Shown here: in pieces, positions 11,789 to 21,637 of the stretch
Layout of the letters: each line of letters starts with the position of its first letter
Numbering within the stretch: the stretch's first letter is position 1
Assembly (NCBI GenBank): GCA_964485645.1
Contig: CAZAMA010000001.1
Coordinates: 9,512-50,233 of the forward strand
Direction: 5' to 3'
DNA length: 40,722 bases
Source of the DNA: an uncultured Acidimicrobiaceae bacterium
GTDB lineage: Bacteria > Actinomycetota > Acidimicrobiia > Acidimicrobiales > Bog-793
Position numbers and translations under genes: made by a program
Notes under the pieces: model-generated
What the model was told of the DNA's origin: nothing
What the model saw: the letters and a program-made list of their open reading frames with translations, nothing else
The model's database searches: none

Positions 11789-13087
11789 ATGAGGCAACGA
11801 CGGGTGCTCCGCGGAGCGCGCTGGCCGGGAGATATCGCCATCGAGGGCGGCCTCATCACCGAGGTCGGCCCCGTCGAGCACCTAGGAGGCGACGTCGAGC
11901 TCGACTGCACCGACACCATCATCACGGCCGGCCTCGTCAACACGCATCACCATCTCTATCAGTGGCTCACGCGAGGAAGGGCGACGGGCTGCGCTCTGTT
12001 CGAGTGGCTGAGCGAGCTCTACCCGATCTGGGCCAAGATCGACGCCGACGACGTGGCTGCGGCTGCCCGGCTCGGCTTGGCTGAGATCGCGCTCGGCGGC
12101 GCCACCACGGTCGCAGACCACCACTACATCGTGCCTCGAGGCGACGACTCGGTGTTCGAGGCGCTAGCTCGTGCTTCCCGCGAAGTCGGCGTGCGCATCT
12201 TTCTCTCCAGGGGCTCGATGGACCTCGGTGAGAGCCGGGGCGGGCTCCCCCCCGACGACGTCGTCGAGGAGACCGCCGCCATCTTGTCCTCCACGGAGAC
12301 GATCGCTTCACGCCTCCACGACGGCGACCTCGTAAACGTTGTCGTCGCTCCCTGCAGCCCCTTCTCGGTGACGACGGAGCTGATGACAGAGTCGGCAGCT
12401 CTTGCCCGCCGGCTCGGATTGCGCCTCCACACTCATCTTGCCGAGACCGTGGAGGAGGAGCGTGACTGCCTTGCGCGCTTCGGCAAGCGGCCGCTCGAGG
12501 TACTGGAGGATCTCGACTGGATCGGCCCCGACGTCTGGTTCGCCCATGGCATCCACTTCGACGCCGACGAGATACGCCGCGTCGGGGCCGCCGGCACCGG
12601 CGTCGCCCACTGCCCGAGCTCGAATGGCCGCCTCGGCTCAGGGATCTGCGCCGTGACGGATCTGCGGAGGGCCGGCGCACCAGTCGGCCTCGGGGTGGAC
12701 GGTCCGGCCTCGAACGAGGTCGGGACCTTGTTTCCCGAGCTGCGCCAGTCCCTCTACTTCGCCCGCCAGCGCGCCGGCAGCGCCGCGGCGTTCTCCCCCT
12801 TAGATGCACTCGAGCTCGCGACAACAGGCGGCGCCCGTGCCCTTGGTCGGCACGACCTCGGCCGGCTCGAGCCGGGCGCGCCCGCAGACGTCGCGGTGTG
12901 GCCCGCCGGTGACCTGGCAGACATGTCCGATCCGCTGGCCGGGCTCGTGCTCGGTCCCGATCGCCGCGTCCGCCACCTGCTCGTAGGGGGCAAAGACGTC
13001 GTGACCGACGGCGCCTTGACAGGCGTGGACCTCGCGGGAGCCAGGGAAGACCTGGTACGCCGGGCAAAGAGGCTCTGGGCATGTTGA
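11789..13087 (+). CDS. 8-oxoguanine deaminase-like amidohydrolase (AtzB/SsnA superfamily)
   Basis: SD gaggag then ATG 11789. NTHHHLYQ, PCSPFSV, HTHLAE, HCPSSN, GVDGPASN. Confidence 0.8.
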   Translation: MRQRRVLRGARWPGDIAIEGGLITEVGPVEHLGGDVELDCTDTIITAGLVNTHHHLYQWLTRGRATGCALFEWLSELYPIWAKIDADDVAAAARLGLAEIALGGATTVADHHYIVPRGDDSVFEALARASREVGVRIFLSRGSMDLGESRGGLPPDDVVEETAAILSSTETIASRLHDGDLVNVVVAPCSPFSVTTELMTESAALARRLGLRLHTHLAETVEEERDCLARFGKRPLEVLEDLDWIGPDVWFAHGIHFDADEIRRVGAAGTGVAHCPSSNGRLGSGICAVTDLRRAGAPVGLGVDGPASNEVGTLFPELRQSLYFARQRAGSAAAFSPLDALELATTGGARALGRHDLGRLEPGAPADVAVWPAGDLADMSDPLAGLVLGPDRRVRHLLVGGKDVVTDGALTGVDLAGAREDLVRRAKRLWAC

Positions 13088-14475
13088 TCAGCGGGGGCAC
13101 CGTCGTAGACGCTGCCGGGGAGCGCTCCTGCGACCTGCGTGTCGGCACCGACGGGAGGGTGGAGGACGTAGCCCTTGGCCTCGTGCCTAGGCCCGGCGAG
13201 CCCGTGCATGACGCGACGGGCAAGCTGGTCGTGCCCGGAGGCGTGGACGTTCACACCCATCTCAATCTTCCGCTCGGGGCAGTCCGGGTCTCCGACAGCT
13301 TCGCGACAGGTACGAGGGCCGCTGCGCTTGGTGGCACGACGACGATCATCGACTATGTCACCGTGCAACGGGGCGAGGATCCGATGGAGACCGTGGGCCT
13401 CTGGCGGTCTTGGGGGAAGGATTCGGCCATCGACTGGGGGCTGCACCTCACCTTCACCGAGCCTGCTTCAGAGTCGACGCTCGCGGCCGCGACCGATGCC
13501 GGCATCACGTCGTTCAAGCTGTATCTCGCGTACCCTGCCAGCCTGCAGGTGGACGACGGCACGGTGCTGCGCCTCATGCGCGCCGCGCGACGCCACGAGA
13601 TGCTCGTCAACCTTCACTGCGAGAACGGCGACGCCATCGAAGAGCTCCGCCGGGAGGCCGTCACGGCCGGGCGCACGGCAGTTGCGGAGCACGCCCGGAC
13701 GAGGCCGGCAGCCCTCGAAGCTGAAGCGGTCAATCGTGCCGCCGTCTTGGCGGAGATCACCGGGGCGGGAATCTATATCGTGCATGTCTCCTCTGCCGAC
13801 GCTCTCGCCGCGGTGCGCGCCGCGAGGCAGCGGGGCGTCGACATAACGGCGGAGACCTGCCCGCACTACCTCTACCTGGATGCAAGCCGCCTCGAAGGCG
13901 AAGACGCCGCGGATTTTGTCTGCACGCCTCCGCTGCGCGACCCATGGCATGCCGCGGAGCTGTGGCGGGGGCTTGCCGATGGATCAATCCAGACCGTCGC
14001 AACGGACCACTGTCCCTTCTGGCGCGCGGATCGTCGCGCCGGCATGGCTCACTGGCACGGCGACGCCGCAGGCTTCACGGACATACCCGGGGGCCTGCCC
14101 GGGATCGAAACCCGCCTCGCCCTCCTCTTCGAGGGGGTGCGCGCCGGCAGGATCACCGTGGCTGACTGGGTGCGGCTGTGCGCGGAGGCGCCGTCGCGGA
14201 CCTTTGGCCTGTGGCCGGAGAAGGGCTCTCTCCAGATCGGCGCCGACGCAGACGTCATCGTCTGGGATCCCAGCCGCAGGCAACCCTTGGGCGCGAGCTA
14301 CCTGGATATGGCAGTCGACCACTCGCCCTACGAGGATATGGTCGTCACGGGCTGGCCCGAGCTGGTGCTCTCCCGGGGCAGGGTCGTCGCACGCGACGGC
14401 CGTTTCACTGGTGAGCAGGGGTGGGGACGCTACACGGCACGCCGGCCGAGAAGCTACTCAGGGCCGGGCGAGTAG
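13081..14475 (+). CDS. hydA: Dihydropyrimidinase/D-hydantoinase
   Basis: PGGVDVHTHL, GGTTTIID, TSFKLYLAY (carbamylated Lys), HCENG, ETCPHYL, ATDHCPF, PGGLPGIETR. Confidence 0.88.
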   Translation: MLISGGTVVDAAGERSCDLRVGTDGRVEDVALGLVPRPGEPVHDATGKLVVPGGVDVHTHLNLPLGAVRVSDSFATGTRAAALGGTTTIIDYVTVQRGEDPMETVGLWRSWGKDSAIDWGLHLTFTEPASESTLAAATDAGITSFKLYLAYPASLQVDDGTVLRLMRAARRHEMLVNLHCENGDAIEELRREAVTAGRTAVAEHARTRPAALEAEAVNRAAVLAEITGAGIYIVHVSSADALAAVRAARQRGVDITAETCPHYLYLDASRLEGEDAADFVCTPPLRDPWHAAELWRGLADGSIQTVATDHCPFWRADRRAGMAHWHGDAAGFTDIPGGLPGIETRLALLFEGVRAGRITVADWVRLCAEAPSRTFGLWPEKGSLQIGADADVIVWDPSRRQPLGASYLDMAVDHSPYEDMVVTGWPELVLSRGRVVARDGRFTGEQGWGRYTARRPRSYSGPGE

Positions 14476-14500
14476 CTGCCGGCAAGACGGGGAAAGCCTC

Positions 14501-15505
14501 TCAGGCCGTCCAGCCGGCAAAAGCGTCGATCATGGCATGGACGTCGCTCCCGAGCGGGTAGAGCACCGGGCAGGTGCAGCCGCCGTGAACGTACTCGGCC
14601 ACCTTCTCCCGGCACTCGTCGGCCGTTCCAGAGGCAGTGATCATCTGCACCACGTCGTCGGGCACGAGCTTGGACGCCGCGACGATCTGCTCCTCGGTGG
14701 CCGGCCAGGTGAGTACCTTGGCGATCTCGTCCAGCAACGAGTCCGGCACGCCCGACGCCTTCATGATGTGGGGTTGTTGACCCAGGTACTGGGTGACGAG
14801 GAGCCGTGCCGCATCGAGGGCCGCCTTGCGGTCCTCGTCGAGCGAGCACACGACGAGCTGGGGCCGGTCGAGGTCGGTGGCTGACCGCCCTGCGCGCCGA
14901 GCGCCGATCTCGAGATGCTCCATCGCAGTCGCGTTGTACGCAGGAGAGACCAGGTAGTTGAGCACGACACCGTCACCTATCTCCCCGGCGAGCTCCATCA
15001 TCTGCATGCCGGTCGCCCCGATATAGATCGGCACGTCCTTCGGACGCCGCTCCTGGTGTACGTAGTCGAGCTCGACGCCGTCGAGGTGGACGAACTCGCC
15101 CGCGTAGGTGACGTTCTCGTCGGCTAGAAGCGCACGCACCGCCTGAACGGTCTCGCGCATTGCGAGAAGCGGCTTGATGCGCTTGACGCCGACCTTGCTC
15201 GCAAGCGGCTCCCACCACGCACCGATGCCGAGGATTACCCGACCCGGCGCGAGGTCGTCGAGCGTCGAGAAGGTCGCCGCCAAAAGCGCTGGGTTGCGGG
15301 TCCAATTGTTCACGACGCCCGAGCCGACTTTGATCCGCTCGGTGACGGCGAGATAGGCCGCCATTGGCACGGTCGCCTCCCGTACGAGCCTGCTCTCGGC
15401 TTGCCATATCGCCGCGAAACCCTTCGACTCGGCATACGCGGAGATCTCCATGCCCTGCCGAACGGGGTGCGCGTCCTGCAGGTAAACCGCGACCGGGGTG
15501 CTCAT
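14501..15505 (-). CDS. LLM-class (luciferase-like) oxidoreductase, Mer-like, possibly F420-dependent
   Basis: [65 protein letters not shown]. Start overlaps the stop of the Mo subunit. Confidence 0.85.
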   Translation of the reverse strand: MSTPVAVYLQDAHPVRQGMEISAYAESKGFAAIWQAESRLVREATVPMAAYLAVTERIKVGSGVVNNWTRNPALLAATFSTLDDLAPGRVILGIGAWWEPLASKVGVKRIKPLLAMRETVQAVRALLADENVTYAGEFVHLDGVELDYVHQERRPKDVPIYIGATGMQMMELAGEIGDGVVLNYLVSPAYNATAMEHLEIGARRAGRSATDLDRPQLVVCSLDEDRKAALDAARLLVTQYLGQQPHIMKASGVPDSLLDEIAKVLTWPATEEQIVAASKLVPDDVVQMITASGTADECREKVAEYVHGGCTCPVLYPLGSDVHAMIDAFAGWTA

Positions 15506-17811
15506 GACCCTACCTCCTCGTGCTTGTGGGCTTCTCGAGACCGAAGGGCGATGTCCTGGGGACGGATCGGTACGCGGGTGAGGTCGATCCCGGTCGCCTG
15601 GCGAATAGCTGCAACTACGGCCGGAGTCGAGGAGATGGTCGGCGGCTCACCGGCGCCTTTTGCCCCGAGGGGGGCTCCGGGCTCTCTCTGCTCGATCAGT
15701 GCCTGGATGTGGACCGCAGGCATGTCGAGGGCCGTGGGGATGATGTAGTCGGTGAAGGACGCGTTGCGAGGCCTGCCATGGTCGAGGACGATCTCCTCCA
15801 TCACTGCCAGCCCCACACCCTGGGCTATGCCCCCCTCGATCTGGCCAACGAGCTGCACCGGGTTGAGGACCCGGCCGACATCCTGGGAAGTCGCGATCTC
15901 GACGACCCGCACGAGGCCGAGGTCGAGGTCGACATCGACTACGGCGCGATGGGCCGCGAAGGCATAGGAGACGTGAGCGTCGCCCTGGCCGTTCGCGTCG
16001 AGCGGCACCGTCGGCGGGTGGCGGTACACCACGGTCTCCTCGATTACCCCGCCCGCCGCAGCCTCCGCGAGCGAAAGATCGAGCGAACCGTCGCGGGCGC
16101 CGACCCGGCCGTCCACCACCTCGAGGCCCGCGCGGGGAACTTCCAGACGCTGGGAGACCGTGTCGAGCAGGCGGTCCTTCACCTTCTCGCACGCCGCCGC
16201 GACGGCGCCGCCGCTCATCCAGGTCTGGCGGCTCGCCGAGGAGGAGCCCGCCGAGTCGATGCCAGCTGTGGCAGCTTCGCCGAGGACCACCTCCTCGACG
16301 CCGAAGACGTCGCGAGCTATCTGCTGGATCAAAGTGACGAGACCTTGGCCGACCTCGACCGCCGCGGTCGTGACCGTGACCCGGCCGTCATCGAGGCGGC
16401 AGCGCGCGGTCGCGTAGTCATCGAATCCGGCCGAGTACATGAGGTTCTTGAATCCCACAGCGAAACCCACGCCTCGGCGGACCCGACCGCGGTCCGCGCT
16501 CCGCCCTGCCCCCCCTGGGAGCGCGACCTCTGTCAGTGCCTCCGGGCCGCCCTGCGGGAGGGGCGCCGAGGCACACGTACGGATCAGCTCGGCGACCGGA
16601 GCCGCGCCGGAGAACTTCTGGCCGGTGATGAGCTCGTCGCCGGTGGCCACCGCGTTGCGCAGTCTCAGCTCGACGGGATCCATCCCGAGCGCGCCGGCAA
16701 GCTTGTCCATCTGGGCCTCGTACGCGAAGCAGACCTGGACGGCACCAAAGCCGCGCATCGCTCCGCACGGCGGGTTGTTGGTCCTGACGGCCGTGGCGTC
16801 CACGAAAGCGTTGGGAACCTTGTACGGTCCCGCCGCGAAGCTCGCGGCATTTTGCAGCACCGCGGTGGACGACGAGAGATACGCTCCGCCGTCAAGCAGT
16901 ATGCGCGCCTCCACTTTTACGAGCTTGCCCGCCGCGTCGGCGCTGTGCCGGTACCACATCTTGGCTGGGTGACGGTGTACGTGACCGAAGAACGACTCCT
17001 CGCGCGAAAAGACCATCTTCACCGGGCGGGCAATGCGCAGTGCCAGCATACTCAAGGGGATCTGCATGCTCAGGTCCTCGCGGGCCCCGAAGGCGCCGCC
17101 GACGCCGGCGAGGTGCAGCCGGACCTGTTCGGTCGGAAGATCGAGGCAGGCAGCAATCTGGTCGCGATCGACATGCAGCCACTGGGTGGCGATGTAAAGG
17201 TCGATGCCGCCGTCCCCTGCTGGAACAGCCAGGCCCGCCTCTGTCCCCATGAAGGCCTGGTCCTGCATGCCGACCTCGTAGTAGCCGTCAACGACGACGG
17301 CACCCGTCGCGCCGGCCTCGCCGCGCCTCACTTCCTGATGGACAAAGACGTTGCCGTCCGGGTGGATCGGCGGAGCGTCTACCGCCAGCTCCGAGTCGAC
17401 AAGCGGCGCGGTTAAGTCAAAGTCGACCACGACTGCCGCCGCGGCCCTGCGGGCCGTCTCGGGATGATCGGCGGCGACCGCAGCTACCGGCTCTCCCATA
17501 TAGCGAACGACGTCTGAGGCGAACACCGGCTGGTCGGGCTTCTCGAGGCCGTAGGTCTTCCGTCCTGTGACGTCGTCAGCGGTGATCACGGCAAAGACGC
17601 CGGTCATCGACAGGGCCGGCGAGACGTCGATCGACCTGATCCTTGCCGAGGCATGCGGGGAGCGAACGAGGTGTCCCCATGCCATCTTCTCGTCATGTAG
17701 ATCGGAGGAGAAGGCGAAGCGTCCGAGCACTTTGTCCCTCCCGTCGGGCCTCGGCGCGCTCTGCCCGAGCCTGAGGGCGGGATTAGTCTTTGTGAGCGCG
17801 GCGGTCGTCAT
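15502..17811 (-). CDS. pucD: Xanthine dehydrogenase-family molybdenum-binding subunit (PucD-like)
   Basis: Likely start is ATG 17811 (MTTAALTK), in an ATGA overlap with the Fe-S gene. [50 protein letters not shown]. Confidence 0.85.
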   Translation of the reverse strand: MTTAALTKTNPALRLGQSAPRPDGRDKVLGRFAFSSDLHDEKMAWGHLVRSPHASARIRSIDVSPALSMTGVFAVITADDVTGRKTYGLEKPDQPVFASDVVRYMGEPVAAVAADHPETARRAAAAVVVDFDLTAPLVDSELAVDAPPIHPDGNVFVHQEVRRGEAGATGAVVVDGYYEVGMQDQAFMGTEAGLAVPAGDGGIDLYIATQWLHVDRDQIAACLDLPTEQVRLHLAGVGGAFGAREDLSMQIPLSMLALRIARPVKMVFSREESFFGHVHRHPAKMWYRHSADAAGKLVKVEARILLDGGAYLSSSTAVLQNAASFAAGPYKVPNAFVDATAVRTNNPPCGAMRGFGAVQVCFAYEAQMDKLAGALGMDPVELRLRNAVATGDELITGQKFSGAAPVAELIRTCASAPLPQGGPEALTEVALPGGAGRSADRGRVRRGVGFAVGFKNLMYSAGFDDYATARCRLDDGRVTVTTAAVEVGQGLVTLIQQIARDVFGVEEVVLGEAATAGIDSAGSSSASRQTWMSGGAVAAACEKVKDRLLDTVSQRLEVPRAGLEVVDGRVGARDGSLDLSLAEAAAGGVIEETVVYRHPPTVPLDANGQGDAHVSYAFAAHRAVVDVDLDLGLVRVVEIATSQDVGRVLNPVQLVGQIEGGIAQGVGLAVMEEIVLDHGRPRNASFTDYIIPTALDMPAVHIQALIEQREPGAPLGAKGAGEPPTISSTPAVVAAIRQATGIDLTRVPIRPQDIALRSREAHKHEEVGS

Positions 17812-18308
17812 GGTCGGCGCGCGATCTCCACTGCCCGCACGGCCGCGAGGATGCGACCGTACCCGGTGCATCGGCAAAGGTTCCCTGAGATGGCCTCCCG
17901 CACCTCGAGCTCTGTCGGAGTCGGATTGTGCTCGAAGAGGTCGTGCACGCTTACGATGAGCCCAGGCGTACAGAACCCACACTGGACGGCTCCCTCGTTG
18001 ACGAACGCCTCCTGGATGTCGGAGAGGTCACCGCCGCCGCGTGACAGGCCCTCCACGGTGACGATCTCGCTGTCGATCGCGCCGGCGGCAAGAACCATGC
18101 AAGCGCACTCGAGCCTTCCATCGAGCAATACCGAGCACGAACCGCACTCGCCCTGTTCACAGGCGTTCTTTGACCCCCATAGGCCGAGCCGCTCCCTCAA
18201 CACGTACAGCAGGCTCTCGCCGAACCAGGCGTCGACGACGCCTCTGCGCTCTCCGTTCACGCGAAGCTCGTAGCTGAGCAGCTCACCCGGATCGCTCAAG
18301 TCTCCCAT
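17808..18308 (-). CDS. pucE: Xanthine dehydrogenase-family 2Fe-2S subunit (PucE/CoxS-like)
   Basis: ACEQGECGSCSV...CAC, QCGFCTPG, NLCRCTGY. Confidence 0.9.
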   Translation of the reverse strand: MGDLSDPGELLSYELRVNGERRGVVDAWFGESLLYVLRERLGLWGSKNACEQGECGSCSVLLDGRLECACMVLAAGAIDSEIVTVEGLSRGGGDLSDIQEAFVNEGAVQCGFCTPGLIVSVHDLFEHNPTPTELEVREAISGNLCRCTGYGRILAAVRAVEIARRP

Positions 18309-19183
18309 GGCACCTCCTCGGGGCTATCTTCGGCCCTCTTTGCAAGCACGCGCTCCAGGGCACGCCTCGCGCACACCCCTGCAGCGTGGCGGCGGTACTG
18401 CGCCGTCGAGCGGTGGTCGTCGATCGGCCGCACCGCCTCACGAACCAGCGCCGAGAACTGCTCCAGATCCTGCTCGCCGCCCCGCAGCCGTCGCTCGTCC
18501 CAGTCGATCGCCGTCGTCGCGAACTTTTCGGCAGCGCTCGCCCTGATGATCACGGGTCCGACCGACCCGAGCGCGCATCGCACAGTTCGCCCGACCCAAT
18601 CGACCACGAGAGCGGCATTGGCAACCGCGATGACCATGGCGTTGCGCGTTCCGACCTTCAAGAACTCCTGCGTCCCGAAGGCGGCTGGCAGCCGGATCTC
18701 GACGATTACCTCCCCTTCCTGCAGACAGTTGCGCTTCGGGCCGACGATGAGCTCCGCGACGGAGAGCTCGCGACGGCCGTCACTGCGTCCGACCACGACC
18801 TTGGCGTCAAGTGCCGACAGGACCGGCAATGTGTCGCCCGCGGGCGACGCGGTCCCGAGATTGCCGCCGAGCGTGCCCGCGTTGCGTATCTGGGGCGAGC
18901 CGACTGTCCGAGCCGCCTGGGAGAGGCCCGGCAGGAGGTCACTGAGCTCCGGGCGCATCAGCTCGCCATAGGAGAGTCCCGCACCGATGACGACGTCGCC
19001 ACCTTCGCGTCGCCAGCCCTTGAGGTCCCCTACGCCTCTCAGCGACACTATGGCCCGAGGACGACGCTGGGCGTAGTTGACCTCCACCATGAAGTCGGTG
19101 CCACCTGCGATCATCTCGGCGCCCGGCAGGCTCGCCAGTGCATCGAAGACACCTTCGAGAGATGTCGGAACGAGTACCGGCAC
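18296..19183 (-). CDS. pucC: Xanthine dehydrogenase-family FAD-binding subunit (PucC/CoxM-like)
   Basis: AGGTDFMV, VGSPQIRNAGTLGGNLGTASPAGD, PIDDHRSTAQYR. Confidence 0.9.
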   Translation of the reverse strand: MPVLVPTSLEGVFDALASLPGAEMIAGGTDFMVEVNYAQRRPRAIVSLRGVGDLKGWRREGGDVVIGAGLSYGELMRPELSDLLPGLSQAARTVGSPQIRNAGTLGGNLGTASPAGDTLPVLSALDAKVVVGRSDGRRELSVAELIVGPKRNCLQEGEVIVEIRLPAAFGTQEFLKVGTRNAMVIAVANAALVVDWVGRTVRCALGSVGPVIIRASAAEKFATTAIDWDERRLRGGEQDLEQFSALVREAVRPIDDHRSTAQYRRHAAGVCARRALERVLAKRAEDSPEEVPWET

Positions 19184-19186
19184 GCC

Positions 19187-19264
19187 TCAGCCCGCCCATC
19201 TGAGACCGAAGAGGACCGAGCAAGCCATGGCACGTGATGTCTTCATAGGCTTCACCACCTCCAC
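19187..19264 (-). CDS. Putative small upstream ORF/leader peptide (MEVVKPMKTSRAMACSVLFGLRWAG)
   Basis: AGGAGG 8 nt before GTG 19264; alternative ATG 19246 after GGAGGT. Stop ends 3 nt before the FAD-subunit GTG. Confidence 0.3.
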   Translation of the reverse strand: MEVVKPMKTSRAMACSVLFGLRWAG

Positions 19265-19332
19265 CGCCTGGACCTCCTCTGGCAACGGCGCGATTGCCTC
19301 ACAAGTCTCTCCTCGCCGAGCTGCGTCGGCTA

Positions 19333-19346
19333 GGGCCGAAGGTCAC
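19333..19346 (-). promoter_or_regulatory. DosR/DevR-like box (minus strand GTGAC-CTTC-GGCCC) upstream of the pucCED-LLM operon
   Basis: Fits GnGAC-N4-GNCCC. A -10-like GAGACT at 19309-19304 starts 30.5 nt from the centre. Confidence 0.5.
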
Positions 19347-19419
19347 CGCAGCTGCTATCTACGGCCAATCTAACCCGACCATGTGTCACCTGAGCAACGC
19401 CACCGCCATCTCAAGGCCG

Positions 19420-19425
19420 TACAAT
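19420..19425 (+). promoter_or_regulatory. Candidate housekeeping -10 element (TACAAT) for the 19469 gene
   Basis: TAnnnT near-consensus hexamer in the divergent intergenic region. No clear -35. Confidence 0.35.
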
Positions 19426-19468
19426 CGGGGAGAACGGGACCGCGAACCGAAAGAGAGGCGGCGCAAGG

Positions 19469-20974
19469 TTGCGAGCAGGTACCTGGAAAGTCGCGCTCTG
19501 CGCCGCGGTCTTGGCCCTGCCGGCCGGAACGGTCGCTTCGCGCGGCGGAGCGAAGTTGGCAACTCGGGTGACGGGGTCACTGACCGCGCCCGCCTTCCGG
19601 CTCGTGTGGACGGCTTCCTTCCCCAATGACCATCTGCCCATTGCGCTCTCCTCGCCTGTAGTCGCCCAGCTCCCAGGGGGTCCCGCGGCAGTGGTCGGTG
19701 ATCGCTCCGGGCACATCTTTGCCGTCTACCTCACGCCTCGAGCAAACGGGCGGAGCATCGTGGCGTGGACGGTCACTACGAGGGGGCCAAACGGTCCTGT
19801 GGGAGTCGACTCTTCACCATCGACGAGAGGTGGCATCGTCTACTTCGGCATAGGCTGGGCGGGCGAACGTGGCGTGGGCGGCTACGAGGCAATCAACCCG
19901 AACGGATCCCGCAGGTGGTTTCACCTCGCCGTGAACCCGTCCACGGACCCGACACGCGACGCGGGTGTGGCCGCGGGCCTCACGGTAGGCGTCCTGCAGT
20001 CACAGATCGCTGTCGTAGGTCCGTCGCTCGGGCAGCGCACCTACGTGCTCAACGCGTCGAGCGGCGCGCTCTTGAGGGGTTTCCCCTGGTTCCAGGCCGA
20101 CACCGAATACTCCACCGCCGCCCTTGCCGACGTCGAGGGCAACGGCCAGAACCAGATCATCGAGGGTGGCAACACCACCGCCGGAATCTCCTATGGCACC
20201 AGCTACAGCGACGGAGGTGAGATCCGCATCCTGCGTGAAGGTGGCCGGGGCCAGAATCTGCGGCATCCCGGTTCGGGGCTCTACTGCCAGTACAGAACCG
20301 ACCAGGGCGTCGACTCGTCGCCGGCGGTCGGTGACATCTTCGGCGGCCGGCCGGGAATCGTCGTCGGCACCAGCGCGGAGCGGGCGGGCAAGAAGACGAC
20401 CGACGACGTGATCGCGATCAACCCGTCATGCCGACTCATGTGGGAGACGAGACTGGACGGAGTCACGGTGAGCAGCCCAGCCCTGGCAGACGTGCTCGAC
20501 AACGGCTCGCTACAGGTAGTGGAAGGGACCGAGGGCGGCTCGGTGTATTGCTTAGACGCGGCCAACGGTGCGGTCTACTGGAAGACCAAGGTCAAAGGCT
20601 CTGTCATCGGGGGCGTCGTCACCGCCGATCTAGGTCAGGGTCGCCAGGATCTCGTGGTCCCCACGACGAGCGGAGCTTTCATCCTCGACGGCAGGACCGG
20701 GGTGGTCCTCGCGACTTTGGAGAACGACGTCGGCCTACAGAACTCCCCGCTCGTAACCGATGACCCGAACGGGACGGTCGGCATCACGGTTGCCGGCTAC
20801 AGCGGCGCTGGCGGTTACCAGCACGCGGTCATCGAGCATTTCGAAATTGTCGGATCGAGCGGCGCGGATGTGAACGCCGTCGGGACGTGGCCCGAGTTCC
20901 ATCACGACCCCGGGCTTTCCGGGAACGCGAGCCTGCCCGTAGCTGCGCCGGCTCCACACACGGTGGCAGGATGA
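19469..20974 (+). CDS. Secreted FG-GAP/PQQ-like beta-propeller repeat protein
   Basis: Signal-like N-terminus (WKVALCAAVLALPAGTVA). Repeated SSPxxxD motifs (STAALADVEGNG, SSPAVGD, SSPALADVLDNG). C-terminal WPEFHHD. Confidence 0.7.
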   Translation: MRAGTWKVALCAAVLALPAGTVASRGGAKLATRVTGSLTAPAFRLVWTASFPNDHLPIALSSPVVAQLPGGPAAVVGDRSGHIFAVYLTPRANGRSIVAWTVTTRGPNGPVGVDSSPSTRGGIVYFGIGWAGERGVGGYEAINPNGSRRWFHLAVNPSTDPTRDAGVAAGLTVGVLQSQIAVVGPSLGQRTYVLNASSGALLRGFPWFQADTEYSTAALADVEGNGQNQIIEGGNTTAGISYGTSYSDGGEIRILREGGRGQNLRHPGSGLYCQYRTDQGVDSSPAVGDIFGGRPGIVVGTSAERAGKKTTDDVIAINPSCRLMWETRLDGVTVSSPALADVLDNGSLQVVEGTEGGSVYCLDAANGAVYWKTKVKGSVIGGVVTADLGQGRQDLVVPTTSGAFILDGRTGVVLATLENDVGLQNSPLVTDDPNGTVGITVAGYSGAGGYQHAVIEHFEIVGSSGADVNAVGTWPEFHHDPGLSGNASLPVAAPAPHTVAG

Positions 20975-21555
20975 CGGAGGCACCGGAGGGCTTCGACGGC
21001 GAGCGCTACCAAGCACGTTTCGAAGATCTCGTGAAGGCCGGGATGGACGTGCACGGCGAGGCGCGCTTCGTCATGTCATTTGCGCCCGAGAGCGTCCTCG
21101 ACGCAGGCTGCGGCACCGGCCGGGTCGCCCTCGAGCTTGCTCGTCTCGGCGTCTACGTTGTCGGCGCCGATCGGGACTCCTCGATGCTGGCCGTAGCCCA
21201 ACGGTTGGGCAGCGAGCTCTTGGAGGAGCTTCCGGCCGCGCGGATCCAGTTCGTCCAGTCAGACCTGGCCGAGCTCGATGTCGGCGGGAGCTTCGACGTC
21301 GTGGTGATGGCAGGTAACGTCCCGCTTTTCACCGCACGAGGCACCGAGGAGGCCCTTGTCGCGGGCGCCGCACGCCACGTCAGGCGAGGTGGCGTCCTCG
21401 TTGCCGGTTTCCAGCTCGACCGCGGGTACACGCTCGATACCTACCTCCTGCACTGCGCGGCAGCTGGGCTCGAACCGGTGGAGCGGTTCGCTACCTGGAG
21501 CCGGGAGCCGTTCGGGGGCGGCAACTACTGCGTATCTGTCCACCGCAGACCCTGA
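20971..21555 (+). CDS. Class I SAM-dependent methyltransferase
   Basis: ATG 20971 overlaps the upstream TGA. VLDAGCGTGR and FDVVVMAGNV. Confidence 0.85.
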   Translation: MTEAPEGFDGERYQARFEDLVKAGMDVHGEARFVMSFAPESVLDAGCGTGRVALELARLGVYVVGADRDSSMLAVAQRLGSELLEELPAARIQFVQSDLAELDVGGSFDVVVMAGNVPLFTARGTEEALVAGAARHVRRGGVLVAGFQLDRGYTLDTYLLHCAAAGLEPVERFATWSREPFGGGNYCVSVHRRP

Positions 21556-21637
21556 GATCCTGGGCGTCGCCCTCGTGCTGTGGTGCCGGCCTCCGAGCTG
21601 GGCCCGAGCGAGGTGGCCCGCACCCGCCGCGATTGGA

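Noticed and set aside
15502-19183. Aerobic CO dehydrogenase (coxMSL) call
   Set aside because: The large subunit has GAMRGFG rather than the AYxCSFR or AYRGAGR active-site loops of CoxL.
19319-19353. Nested hairpin (agctgcg/cgcagct enclosing tcggc/gccga) as a Moco or purine riboswitch
   Set aside because: I cannot match it to a known aptamer consensus. It overlaps the DosR-like box and lies upstream of the inferred TSS. An Rfam/Infernal search would settle it.
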